This document shows positions 24,544-32,326 of a DNA stretch of 35,622 nucleotides, piece after piece. The stretch spans positions 1 through 35,622 of IMG/VR virus record IMGVR_UViG_3300050821_016113. One strand, 5' to 3'. The DNA is from a virus. Position numbers and translations under genes: made by a program. Position 1 is the first letter of the stretch, and the number at the start of each line of letters is the position of its first letter. Under the pieces are notes generated by a model. The model had not been told where the DNA came from. It saw only the letters and a list, made by a program, of their open reading frames with translations, and ran no database searches.

Positions 24544-26480
24544 TAACGTATTAAATAATGCTTCACAATCTATGACCACGACCACCTTTGTGGATGTTGG
24601 CTCAGGATTTACCGTTGAAGCAGGTACAACACTCATTAAGTCTGGTGCTTCTCCGATTAATATCGGTACCGATGCGGTTGCTAAAACCATCACCGTCGGT
24701 AACGTATCGGGCGCTACAGCGGTTAATATACATGCCGGCAGTGGTGGTGAATCTATTACTGCTCTAAACGGTCCGATTACGATTAATTCCGGTAGTGGTG
24801 CGATGTCATTATCAAATGATGCTGCAAATACTACCCTGAATATTGGTACCGGTGCTGGTGATAAGCAAATAACTATTGGTTCTACCAATACAACATCTAC
24901 AACAAATCTCCAATCAGGAAGCGGGGGTATAAATATCCCTGCATTTTCGGCTGGTGCAGTTGTTACAAATAATAGCGGCACACTCTCTACTACTTCCGGG
25001 AATGCAGGGTTTATTCTCACCTCAAATGGTGCAGGATCATCTCCTACCTTTCAGGCTGGCGTAGGTTCAACAATTGGCATCACGGGCGATACGGGCGGTG
25101 CCATAACGAGCGGGAGCTTTACCTTTACTGGTGGCACAACAGGATTGTCATTTAATGGAGCTGGTACTACTGAAACACTTGCCTTTGCGGGTATCACTGC
25201 TAACGGCGGAACGGTAAATTTGGCCACTGACGCAACAACAAGTGCAATCAATATTGGTACTGGTGCTGGTCATAAAACAGTTACTATCGGTTCTACTAAC
25301 ACGCTTTCGTCCACCACAATACAATCCGGTTTTGGTGATGTTGAAATAACTACCGTCAATGGTGACATTGATGTTTTGAGCGGTACAGGAGCTATTGGAA
25401 TTTCTACCGATGCCACTAACACTGCAGTTAATATCGCGACAGGTAGCGGCAATAAGGCATTACTCCTAGGTTCTACAACCGGCACTTCAAATACAAATCT
25501 TTATTCAGGAAGTGGTGGCATTAATATTCCCATGTTCACTGAAGGAGCTTTGATTACAAGTTCCACAGGTGGAATATCAACGGTCACTGGAACAGCGGGA
25601 AAAGTTCTGACTGCAAATGCTGCCGGCACAGCGCCATCATTCCAAAACGCTCCAGCTAGTTCAATAAGCATAACGGGTAATACAGGCGGTGCTTTGACTG
25701 GCAATGCGTTTACTTTTTCAGGTGGCACTACAGGTTTAGCTTTCAATGGGGCTGGATCTACAGAAACATTGGCATTTGCAGGTATTACGGCAAATGGTGG
25801 AACAGTCAGTCTTGCTACTGATGCTACCAATAGCACGCTCAATATCGGTACCGGCGCAGGCGCTAAGACCCTTACTCTTGGAAGTACTAACACAACATCT
25901 ACCACTAACTTTCAGAGCGGCAGTGGTGGTCTGAATATTCCTGCCTTTGCTGAAGGTGCCTTAATCACTTCTAACGCAGGGAAAATATCAACCGTAACGG
26001 GAACATCGGGGTTTGTTTTAACAGCTAACGCAGCAGGAACGGCACCATCTTTTCAAGCACCTATGAGCAACTCTATAACATTAACGGGTGATACTGGTGG
26101 CCCTTTAACTGGCTCTAGTTTTACTCTTGCGGGTGGTTCTACTGGGCTTACTTTTAATGGTGCGGGAACTACAGAAACATTAGACTTTGCGGGTATTACA
26201 GCGAATGGTGGTCCCGTTAACTTAGCAACTGATGCAGGTGCAACCACCGTTAATCTTGGGACTGGTGCTGGGGCAAAGACAGTTACTCTTGGATCGACCA
26301 ATACAACCTCAACCACTAACCTTCAATCTGGATCTGGTGGCATTAATATTCCTGCTTTTGCTGAAGGTGCAATTGTTACAAGCAGCGCAGGTAAGATCGC
26401 AACAGTCACAGGTACTTCTGGTTTTGTTCTTACTGCTAATGCTGCGGGAACTGCGCCGTCATTTCAAGCTGCTCCTGGAA
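24533..26480 (+). repeat. Array of ~137-aa coding modules (approximate borders; full modules start near 25073)
   Basis: Recurrent [IL]T[GL]TG[ND]TGG...ITANGG.V.LATDA...NIGTGAGAKT..LGSTNTTSTTN.QSGSGGINIPAF.EGA...GTAPSFQA. Confidence 0.8.
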
Positions 26481-27157
26481 GCTCGACCGCTTTTAATAGT
26501 GTTGTTTCTCAAGTATTTACCTCTTCAGGGATATATACGCCTACTTCAGGAATGAAATACTGCGTAATTGAACTTGTAGGAGGAGGCGGCGGTGGTGGTG
26601 GAGGTACAAGCACTACAGGAGCTCAACAAGGTGCTGGTGGTGGAGGGGGCGGCGGAGGTTATGCAAGAAAAGTATTTGCATCAGCAGCAATTGGTGTTTC
26701 TCAAACAGTTACTATTGGTGCTGCAGGAACGGCTGGAGCAAATAGTGGTGGTAATGGTGGAACCGGAGGAACAACATCGGTGGGGGCACTTTTGAGTGCT
26801 ACAGGTGGTGCTGGTGGTCTCGGCGCAACTCCCCAAGGAAGTTCAACCGTCATATTAAATGGTGGCGCAGGGGGCGCTGGTTCCAGTGGGGATATAAATC
26901 TTTCTGGCCAAACCGGGGGTAATTCTCAATATTATGCCACACAAGCTTGCCAATCAGGATCTGGTGGATCAACGACACTCGGCAATGGTACTCCATCTGT
27001 CATAGCTAATGGTTTATTAACAAATGTTGCGGGTATTGCTGGTGCTAATTATGGTTGTGGTGGATCGGGAGCAGCCGATAATATCGGTGTATCGGGCGGT
27101 TCATCTGGTGGCGCTGGTGCTAAAGGAATAGTAGTAATAACAGAATTTGTTCATTAA
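24533..27157 (+). CDS. Long modular tail fibre with C-terminal glycine-rich domain
   Basis: 874 aa with about 4.5 copies of the Gly/Thr module. The C-terminus YTPTSGMKYCVIELVGGGGGGGGG...GGGGGGGGYA...GIVVITEF matches the glycine-rich fibre-tip family pattern. Confidence 0.75.
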   Translation: MATNNVLNNASQSMTTTTFVDVGSGFTVEAGTTLIKSGASPINIGTDAVAKTITVGNVSGATAVNIHAGSGGESITALNGPITINSGSGAMSLSNDAANTTLNIGTGAGDKQITIGSTNTTSTTNLQSGSGGINIPAFSAGAVVTNNSGTLSTTSGNAGFILTSNGAGSSPTFQAGVGSTIGITGDTGGAITSGSFTFTGGTTGLSFNGAGTTETLAFAGITANGGTVNLATDATTSAINIGTGAGHKTVTIGSTNTLSSTTIQSGFGDVEITTVNGDIDVLSGTGAIGISTDATNTAVNIATGSGNKALLLGSTTGTSNTNLYSGSGGINIPMFTEGALITSSTGGISTVTGTAGKVLTANAAGTAPSFQNAPASSISITGNTGGALTGNAFTFSGGTTGLAFNGAGSTETLAFAGITANGGTVSLATDATNSTLNIGTGAGAKTLTLGSTNTTSTTNFQSGSGGLNIPAFAEGALITSNAGKISTVTGTSGFVLTANAAGTAPSFQAPMSNSITLTGDTGGPLTGSSFTLAGGSTGLTFNGAGTTETLDFAGITANGGPVNLATDAGATTVNLGTGAGAKTVTLGSTNTTSTTNLQSGSGGINIPAFAEGAIVTSSAGKIATVTGTSGFVLTANAAGTAPSFQAAPGSSTAFNSVVSQVFTSSGIYTPTSGMKYCVIELVGGGGGGGGGTSTTGAQQGAGGGGGGGGYARKVFASAAIGVSQTVTIGAAGTAGANSGGNGGTGGTTSVGALLSATGGAGGLGATPQGSSTVILNGGAGGAGSSGDINLSGQTGGNSQYYATQACQSGSGGSTTLGNGTPSVIANGLLTNVAGIAGANYGCGGSGAADNIGVSGGSSGGAGAKGIVVITEFVH

Positions 27158-27168
27158 AGGAGACAACG

Positions 27169-29568
27169 ATGCCTCGTAATCAGAATTCTCAAAATCCATT
27201 ATCGTATTTAGGAGTACAAGCTCCTTTCCCACCTAATTTAACTATCCATAAAAGATCGCCTACCGCTAATAATAATACAGGTTTCAGGCTAGGAGACATT
27301 TGGCTTGTTAGAACTATAGGGGCACAAGAAATATGGATGCTCGTTGGCTTAGCCGGAGGCGTAGCTACATGGGTTGAATTGTTTCCAGGCGGTGGTGGCG
27401 GAGCAAATTCATTCCCTACTAATGCTGGCGTTGCCAATGAAGCCGGCGGTGTTCTTAATGTTCTTGGAACATCAGTCATAGAAACAACCGGTGCCGGGAA
27501 TACCGTGAGCGTAAATCTCACCAATGGCACTAACGGTCAGGTAATTATTGGCGGTGGTGCAGCACCAGCATGGGCAAATATTACCTCAGGCGATGGATCA
27601 GTAACGATTACTAATGGTGCTAATACTCTCGATCTTTCAGTCGCTTCAGGTACCGGAACTGTGGACACATTAACAGGTAATAGCGGTGGCCAAGTTCATC
27701 CTGTTGGCGGCAATATTAACGTTGTTGGCGATAACACTACTGGTGTTGATGTTGTAGGCACACCAGGAACACATACATTAACCATTACAACAACATCGGG
27801 TCATCCTTTTGGTCAATCATTAACTGGTGATGCTGGTGGTGCCGTATTCTTTGATGGTTCAGGGAATATTAATACTGTTGGAGCCCATGGTCTGAATTCG
27901 CTCGGTAATCCTGGCGCACATTCAATGACCTATGCAATTAATAACAATATCACCCTCGGCGATCTTTCCGTTATAACAACCGGCAATGATGCGCTCACCG
28001 TAACAAGTGGGAACATCACCCTTTCAGGAACGGGTCTTAATGCTGCCGGCAACCTTAATATGCCTAACACTTCAGCTGATGAACGCCAAGGTGAAATACG
28101 ATTTGGTGGTGCTCGATTTGTTTCTAACTTTGGCCCTAATGCAAGCAACACCTTTGTGGGAACTAATTCAGGTTCTCTTGCCAATCTTGGTGTAGGTAGC
28201 GGGGGCAACTCAGCATTTGGGTTCCAAGCTTTAAATAGTTTGGCTGCTGCTGGTCCTAACGGTGCTGGATTAAATACTGCCGTTGGTGCCCAATGTATGC
28301 AGAACTTTTCAGCATCAGGTGTCGGCGGTAACACTGGCGCTAACACTGGTGTAGGATCTGGTGCATTATTTACTTTGACAACAGGTGTAGAGAATACCGC
28401 TGTTGGTACTTTTGCTCTTCAAAATGTTTCAACTTCATCAAATAACGTTGCTGTAGGTGGTGCTGCGCTCGAAGGATTAACAACAGGAGCGAGTAACGTC
28501 GCAATTGGTCATACTACGGGTACTAATGCTGGTGGTGGAACGAACTTAAAGACGGGTTCATTTAACGTTCTTATCGGTGAAGCTGCTGGTGGTGCTTACA
28601 ATGGTGCTGAAAGTAATAACGTTGTTGTAAATCATCCAGGGATCGTCGCAACGAGCAACAAATATTTCATGGCATTTGGTAATGGCGGTAATACTTTCTT
28701 CCATAACTTTGGCACCGAAAACACCTTTGTTGGGGATGGCACTGGTAATATAACCATGACTGGTGTTAATAATACTGGCGTTGGTGCTGGCATATTATCG
28801 GCAATAACAACAGGTGGCAATAACTGTGCGCTTGGTTGGGGTGCTTGTGATGGAATTACTACTGGATCTAATAATATCGGTATTGGTGTAAATGCTTGCG
28901 AAGCAGTAACAACAGGGCAAGCAAATATTGGTATAGGTAATGGTAACGTAAGTGCCACTACAGGTTCTGGTAATACCTCAGTTGGTAATAACGCTCTTGC
29001 TGGCCCAGGAAATAATGGTTCTGAAAATTCTGTATACGGTCATAATGCAGCAAGTACTTATACAGGCGCAGAATCAAATAACGTTATGATTCACAACGTT
29101 GGTGTTGTTGGTGAAAGCAATATCATCCGTATCGGTAGCACGGGCGGTACAATAGCAGCAAACACAAAGACCTTTATTGCAGCAATCCGCGGCGTTACCA
29201 CCACGAATAATGACGCCGTTGCAGTACTTATAGATTCTGCTGGTCAACTTGGCACGGTTTCATCTTCTGCTCGCTACAAAGACAACATCAACGATTTGGG
29301 TGATTCTAGCGAATTTATATACGATCTCCGACCGGTGGTATTCAATTACAAGAAACATTCGCCTGAGGACAAATCTGTTGGTCTTATAGCAGAAGAAGTT
29401 GCATCTATAAACCCACGTCTTGTGGTATACGACGAAGACAGCAGACCAGAAACGGTTAAGTATCAAGATCTTCCTGTGCTTCTCTTGAATGAACTGCAAA
29501 AGCTCCGTGCTTATGTAGAGCAATTAGAAGAACGCATTGCAGAACTTGAAGGCTGTGAATGTGAATAA
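27169..29568 (+). CDS. Tail fibre/spike with YadA-head-like N.A.G..A repeats and a C-terminal peptidase S74 intramolecular chaperone
   Basis: C-terminus SSARYKDNI..L....IYDLRPVVFNYK......GLIAEEV..I.P.LV...........V.Y..L..LLLNELQKL. The central region carries repeats such as NTAVG..AL.N. Confidence 0.8.
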   Translation: MPRNQNSQNPLSYLGVQAPFPPNLTIHKRSPTANNNTGFRLGDIWLVRTIGAQEIWMLVGLAGGVATWVELFPGGGGGANSFPTNAGVANEAGGVLNVLGTSVIETTGAGNTVSVNLTNGTNGQVIIGGGAAPAWANITSGDGSVTITNGANTLDLSVASGTGTVDTLTGNSGGQVHPVGGNINVVGDNTTGVDVVGTPGTHTLTITTTSGHPFGQSLTGDAGGAVFFDGSGNINTVGAHGLNSLGNPGAHSMTYAINNNITLGDLSVITTGNDALTVTSGNITLSGTGLNAAGNLNMPNTSADERQGEIRFGGARFVSNFGPNASNTFVGTNSGSLANLGVGSGGNSAFGFQALNSLAAAGPNGAGLNTAVGAQCMQNFSASGVGGNTGANTGVGSGALFTLTTGVENTAVGTFALQNVSTSSNNVAVGGAALEGLTTGASNVAIGHTTGTNAGGGTNLKTGSFNVLIGEAAGGAYNGAESNNVVVNHPGIVATSNKYFMAFGNGGNTFFHNFGTENTFVGDGTGNITMTGVNNTGVGAGILSAITTGGNNCALGWGACDGITTGSNNIGIGVNACEAVTTGQANIGIGNGNVSATTGSGNTSVGNNALAGPGNNGSENSVYGHNAASTYTGAESNNVMIHNVGVVGESNIIRIGSTGGTIAANTKTFIAAIRGVTTTNNDAVAVLIDSAGQLGTVSSSARYKDNINDLGDSSEFIYDLRPVVFNYKKHSPEDKSVGLIAEEVASINPRLVVYDEDSRPETVKYQDLPVLLLNELQKLRAYVEQLEERIAELEGCECE

Positions 29569-29579
29569 GATCTCCACAT

Positions 29580-29603
29580 AAAAACCCCGGGATGACCCGG
29601 GGT
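29580..29603 (-). terminator. Perfect 8-bp GC hairpin; the T tract is on the minus strand (ends the leftward operon, and may also stop the fibre transcript)
   Basis: accccggg atga cccggggt, preceded on plus by aaaaa. Confidence 0.7.
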
Positions 29604-29653
29604 ATCTCACTCGATGTGACAGAAGTAGCAGTACCATCAACAAGAGGAGTAAT

Positions 29654-29803
29654 TTATTTCTTGTCTTTTTCTTCGATAGGTTTGGGTAATATCACCGTTA
29701 AATATTCCATAAACTCTTCTGCATTAGCGCATACGGCATGGTCACCGTGTTTTATCCTAAAGCAGGTACCATTATGAGGGCATGGAGTGCATTCAACACA
29801 CAT
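29654..29803 (-). CDS. Cys-rich mini protein (49 aa), below the ORF-track cutoff
   Basis: Hand translation gives MCVECTPCPHNGTCFRIKHGDHAVCANAEEF...*, with a TAATG overlap onto the upstream stop. Confidence 0.4.
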   Translation of the reverse strand: MCVECTPCPHNGTCFRIKHGDHAVCANAEEFMEYLTVILPKPIEEKDKK

Positions 29804-30129
29804 TATTTCATCCCATATATTGCTAAAATATCTTCAAAATCGATATCCCATCGTGATTTTTTATCGTCTGGCAAAAATGGATTAGGTTCATTATGCCCTT
29901 CAATTCTTGGCGCCCACCATATAACAAATTTTATAGGCATATTATCAACAGCGGGCCACAAAAAATCTTTTCCATTATAAAGACATGGATATGTATCAAA
30001 TTTATTGAATGGTCCATCTGGAAAATTGTTTATAGTTATAGATTCTCCATCAGCTGAACCAAAGACCCAACAAACTTGGTTCTTTTCAGGCAATTTATTT
30101 TTGATATGAACCCATGTTACTTTATCCAT
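29803..30129 (-). CDS. DUF551-like protein (108 aa)
   Basis: VTWVHIKNKLPEKNQVCWVFG... pattern; TAATG overlap with erf. Confidence 0.45.
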   Translation of the reverse strand: MDKVTWVHIKNKLPEKNQVCWVFGSADGESITINNFPDGPFNKFDTYPCLYNGKDFLWPAVDNMPIKFVIWWAPRIEGHNEPNPFLPDDKKSRWDIDFEDILAIYGMK

Positions 30130-30881
30130 TATTTCATGCCGTTTCTTAAGCCTTTTATTTCCCGTATTCGTGTTAACGATACCATGTATTTAGATTTGGG
30201 CATGTCAGCTAACGATTGTATCTTCAACCCATCTAATACCATTTCACCAATGTCTGGATATTCATTTAATTCATATTCCAGTTCTTCTAGCTGTTCTTTG
30301 GTGATTACTTCTGGTGATTGTTCACGTGGATTGTATTTGGTATTGAGTGCTACGCCCTTAGCAAAGGTATCTCGTTCAGTAGCGACAGCCTGCTCAGCAT
30401 CGTCGTCTTCTTCACCCGTTACCACACCAATAAGGCTCGCGTAGGTTAAACGTTTTAGATAGGTCGCATAAGATGATATGGTTTGAATATCATTCTTAGG
30501 AGGAACGATCCTCATGCGCGATTCGATATACTGCCCTGAATTATGCAATAAAAGAGTGTGTAAGACACTTTGTCCATCATCATGGGTAATAATATCCTGC
30601 ACAACACTCAAACCATTTTTAGCTAATGCTGGTCTGGCTGCCTGTACGATTGCCATTAAGTCTGCATAGCGGGATTTAAAATAGGGGTTTTGGCGGTTTA
30701 ACGCCGCAACGCCAATCTCCCCCTGAGCTTTTGCCAGTGATGTAGCCAGTTCTTTTATGTCTGCTGACATATATCCTGGCCGTTGTTCTTTCTTGAGCTG
30801 TTCAATTTGCTCTTTGAGCTCAGCAATCTTTTGTTCATAGGGCTTGATGATGGTCTCTAACAGTGAGTTATTGAATTCCAT
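30129..30881 (-). CDS. erf: Erf-family single-strand annealing recombinase
   Basis: ...ALNRQNPYFKSRYADLMAIVQAARPALAKNGLSVVQDI....VLHTLLLHNSGQYIES... is the typical ERF core pattern. Confidence 0.75.
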   Translation of the reverse strand: MEFNNSLLETIIKPYEQKIAELKEQIEQLKKEQRPGYMSADIKELATSLAKAQGEIGVAALNRQNPYFKSRYADLMAIVQAARPALAKNGLSVVQDIITHDDGQSVLHTLLLHNSGQYIESRMRIVPPKNDIQTISSYATYLKRLTYASLIGVVTGEEDDDAEQAVATERDTFAKGVALNTKYNPREQSPEVITKEQLEELEYELNEYPDIGEMVLDGLKIQSLADMPKSKYMVSLTRIREIKGLRNGMK

Positions 30882-31099
30882 TATTTATCCGATAAAAGTT
30901 GTATTGCTTTATTTATTATTTCGGGGCTTAATTCATTTGCAGTTTTGTAAAATTTAATTTTGGCATGAAGTTCGTGATAATCTTTAATCAGCCCTAAAAA
31001 AACGAAATAAATTACTACAATAAAAAATACGATTATTCCTAGTAAGCACAATAAGAAGAATATATCGCCAATGACCGATCCAGGTTTATTTAGTTCCAT
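30881..31099 (-). CDS. Small membrane protein (72 aa)
   Basis: IGDIFFLLCLLGIIVFFIVVIYFVFLGLI. Confidence 0.6.
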   Translation of the reverse strand: MELNKPGSVIGDIFFLLCLLGIIVFFIVVIYFVFLGLIKDYHELHAKIKFYKTANELSPEIINKAIQLLSDK

Positions 31100-31109
31100 T
31101 GGATTCCGT

Positions 31110-31370
31110 TTATCTTTTTAGAGAATCTATTTTGTTTTTAATTTCTGCTAAATTTTTTGAGATTGAATCAATATTTGTCGTTATTTCATAAAAAGCGATT
31201 TGGGCATCATTAAAAACATTAAGTTCTTTATCTGAAAAATAGCCTTCTTTGGATTTTATCTTATTCAATATAGTTAAATCACTATTTATTGTTGCAATAT
31301 AATTATTTAATTTGCTAGCTAAAATAATCGCTTGTATAGAGTATGTTTTTTTCCAAAAATTAAAGTTCAT
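31110..31370 (-). CDS. Hypothetical early protein (86 aa)
   Basis: ORF track; AT-rich, helical. Confidence 0.55.
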   Translation of the reverse strand: MNFNFWKKTYSIQAIILASKLNNYIATINSDLTILNKIKSKEGYFSDKELNVFNDAQIAFYEITTNIDSISKNLAEIKNKIDSLKR

Positions 31371-31638
31371 TTTTTTTCCGTAGCTTCTTCAATTCATCAA
31401 ACAACTTTTGCATGTTCTCTTCTGGATACATTTGCCGCACCACTGCTTCTGCTTCTTTTATTTCTGCAAGATAATCAGCCATTTGCGAATGAATAGTTTG
31501 TATTTCTATTTGTGGTGCATTTTTTATGGATAATCTTTTAGCTTCTCTACCCATGGTGAAGAAATCCATCATGTGATCTGCAATCTTATCTTGGAGTTGG
31601 TGCATAAGTTTATTTATGTCTTTTGCTTCGTTTGGCAT
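31360..31638 (-). CDS. Hypothetical early protein (92 aa; the track starts at 31692; ATG 31638 is preferred)
   Basis: SD aaggag lies before MPNEAKDINK. Confidence 0.55.
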   Translation of the reverse strand: MPNEAKDINKLMHQLQDKIADHMMDFFTMGREAKRLSIKNAPQIEIQTIHSQMADYLAEIKEAEAVVRQMYPEENMQKLFDELKKLRKKNEL

Positions 31639-31660
31639 AGAATCTCCTTTGCCCAAGTTA

Positions 31661-31828
31661 TTAAATCTTTTGGCTATAGGAGCACAAATCATCAGATTTA
31701 TCTAGCTCGGCATCAAGATGCTCAAAGATCTTATCTTGAAGGAAATCTATCTGTTTTAGATCGTTAGCGGTTTTCTTTTTCTTCGCTTGAAGACGCTCAA
31801 GCATGAGATGTATTTCGAACAGTTCCAT
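31661..31828 (-). CDS. Hypothetical early protein (55 aa), below the ORF-track cutoff
   Basis: Hand translation gives MELFEIHLMLERLQAKKKKTANDLKQIDFLQDKIFEHLDAELDKSDDLCSYSQKI*, starting 2 nt after the upstream stop. Confidence 0.4.
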   Translation of the reverse strand: MELFEIHLMLERLQAKKKKTANDLKQIDFLQDKIFEHLDAELDKSDDLCSYSQKI

Positions 31829-31830
31829 GA

Positions 31831-32058
31831 TTACTCCATCTCACACTTGAATTGTTTTTCAAGCAAAGTGTAAGTCAGCCTGAAAAGTTCGTTACGTATC
31901 GTTTCTAACTCTTTCTGATGTTCTTTTTTTGTAACGGCTAATATACGCAACAATTCATTTCTTTCATTCCAGGCGTAAGCTATTTCTAGTTGGGTTGGAC
32001 ACTTACATTCATTGTCAATAACGCCAGAACAATTAAAAAAATCGTGATTAAATTCCAT
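31831..32058 (-). CDS. First gene of the leftward operon, small Cys-containing protein (75 aa)
   Basis: ORF track; SD gaggtag; CSGVIDNECKC. Confidence 0.6.
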   Translation of the reverse strand: MEFNHDFFNCSGVIDNECKCPTQLEIAYAWNERNELLRILAVTKKEHQKELETIRNELFRLTYTLLEKQFKCEME

Positions 32059-32095
32059 AGTGCTACCTCTGTCTTAATGGTTTCAAGTTGGAATA

Positions 32096-32129
32096 AATCT
32101 ACTACAAATGTAGTGAGTAGTCAAGAGAA
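32096..32129 (-). promoter_or_regulatory. Leftward sigma70-like promoter (TTGACT-17-TAGATT on minus) with palindrome ACTACAAATGTAGT in the spacer; element copy B
   Basis: The -35 is at 32119-32124, the -10 at 32096-32101 and the palindrome at 32101-32114. CAAGAGAA at 32122-32129 has the same spacing as copy A. Confidence 0.6.
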
Positions 32130-32143
32130 AGTTAAAGAAAAGC

Positions 32144-32172
32144 TTGAAAAGTGAGAATAGGTATTGTAATTT
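32144..32172 (+). promoter_or_regulatory. Rightward sigma70-like promoter candidate, TTGAAA-17-TAATTT
   Basis: Back-to-back with the leftward promoter, about 155 nt upstream of the rep-like gene. Confidence 0.45.
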
Positions 32173-32326
32173 AGCCCGTGCTTTCCAAGCGGCAAAAAAA
32201 ATGGCCACCCGAAGGTGACCAAATTTCTTTCCTCACTTACGTTGGAGGCACGTTGTTTGAATCGTCGAAGCTAACAAAAAGAAAAAACCCGAAAGGACCC
32301 ATGAAACACCCAAAAAAAGGAGCACC

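Noticed and set aside
24514-26316. Series of minus-strand ORFs (24514-25020, 25051-25251, 25270-25485, 25501-25905, 26053-26316) and plus-strand alternate-frame ORFs inside the 874-aa fibre gene
   Set aside because: Same compositional artefact as above. They tile the repeat modules and have P/V/A low-complexity products.
21653-27157. Diversity-generating retroelement (template/variable repeat pair) in the fibre cluster
   Set aside because: There is no reverse transcriptase ORF anywhere in the window. Differences between repeat modules are spread over all bases rather than being adenine-specific. The repeats lie in shaft modules, not in a C-terminal variable region.
31371-31378. A8 run (T8 on plus) at the 92-aa/86-aa gene overlap as a frameshift site fusing the two proteins
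   Set aside because: The downstream frame is +1 relative to the upstream one, whereas slippage on an A run would normally give -1. An ordinary overlapping stop/start explains the arrangement.
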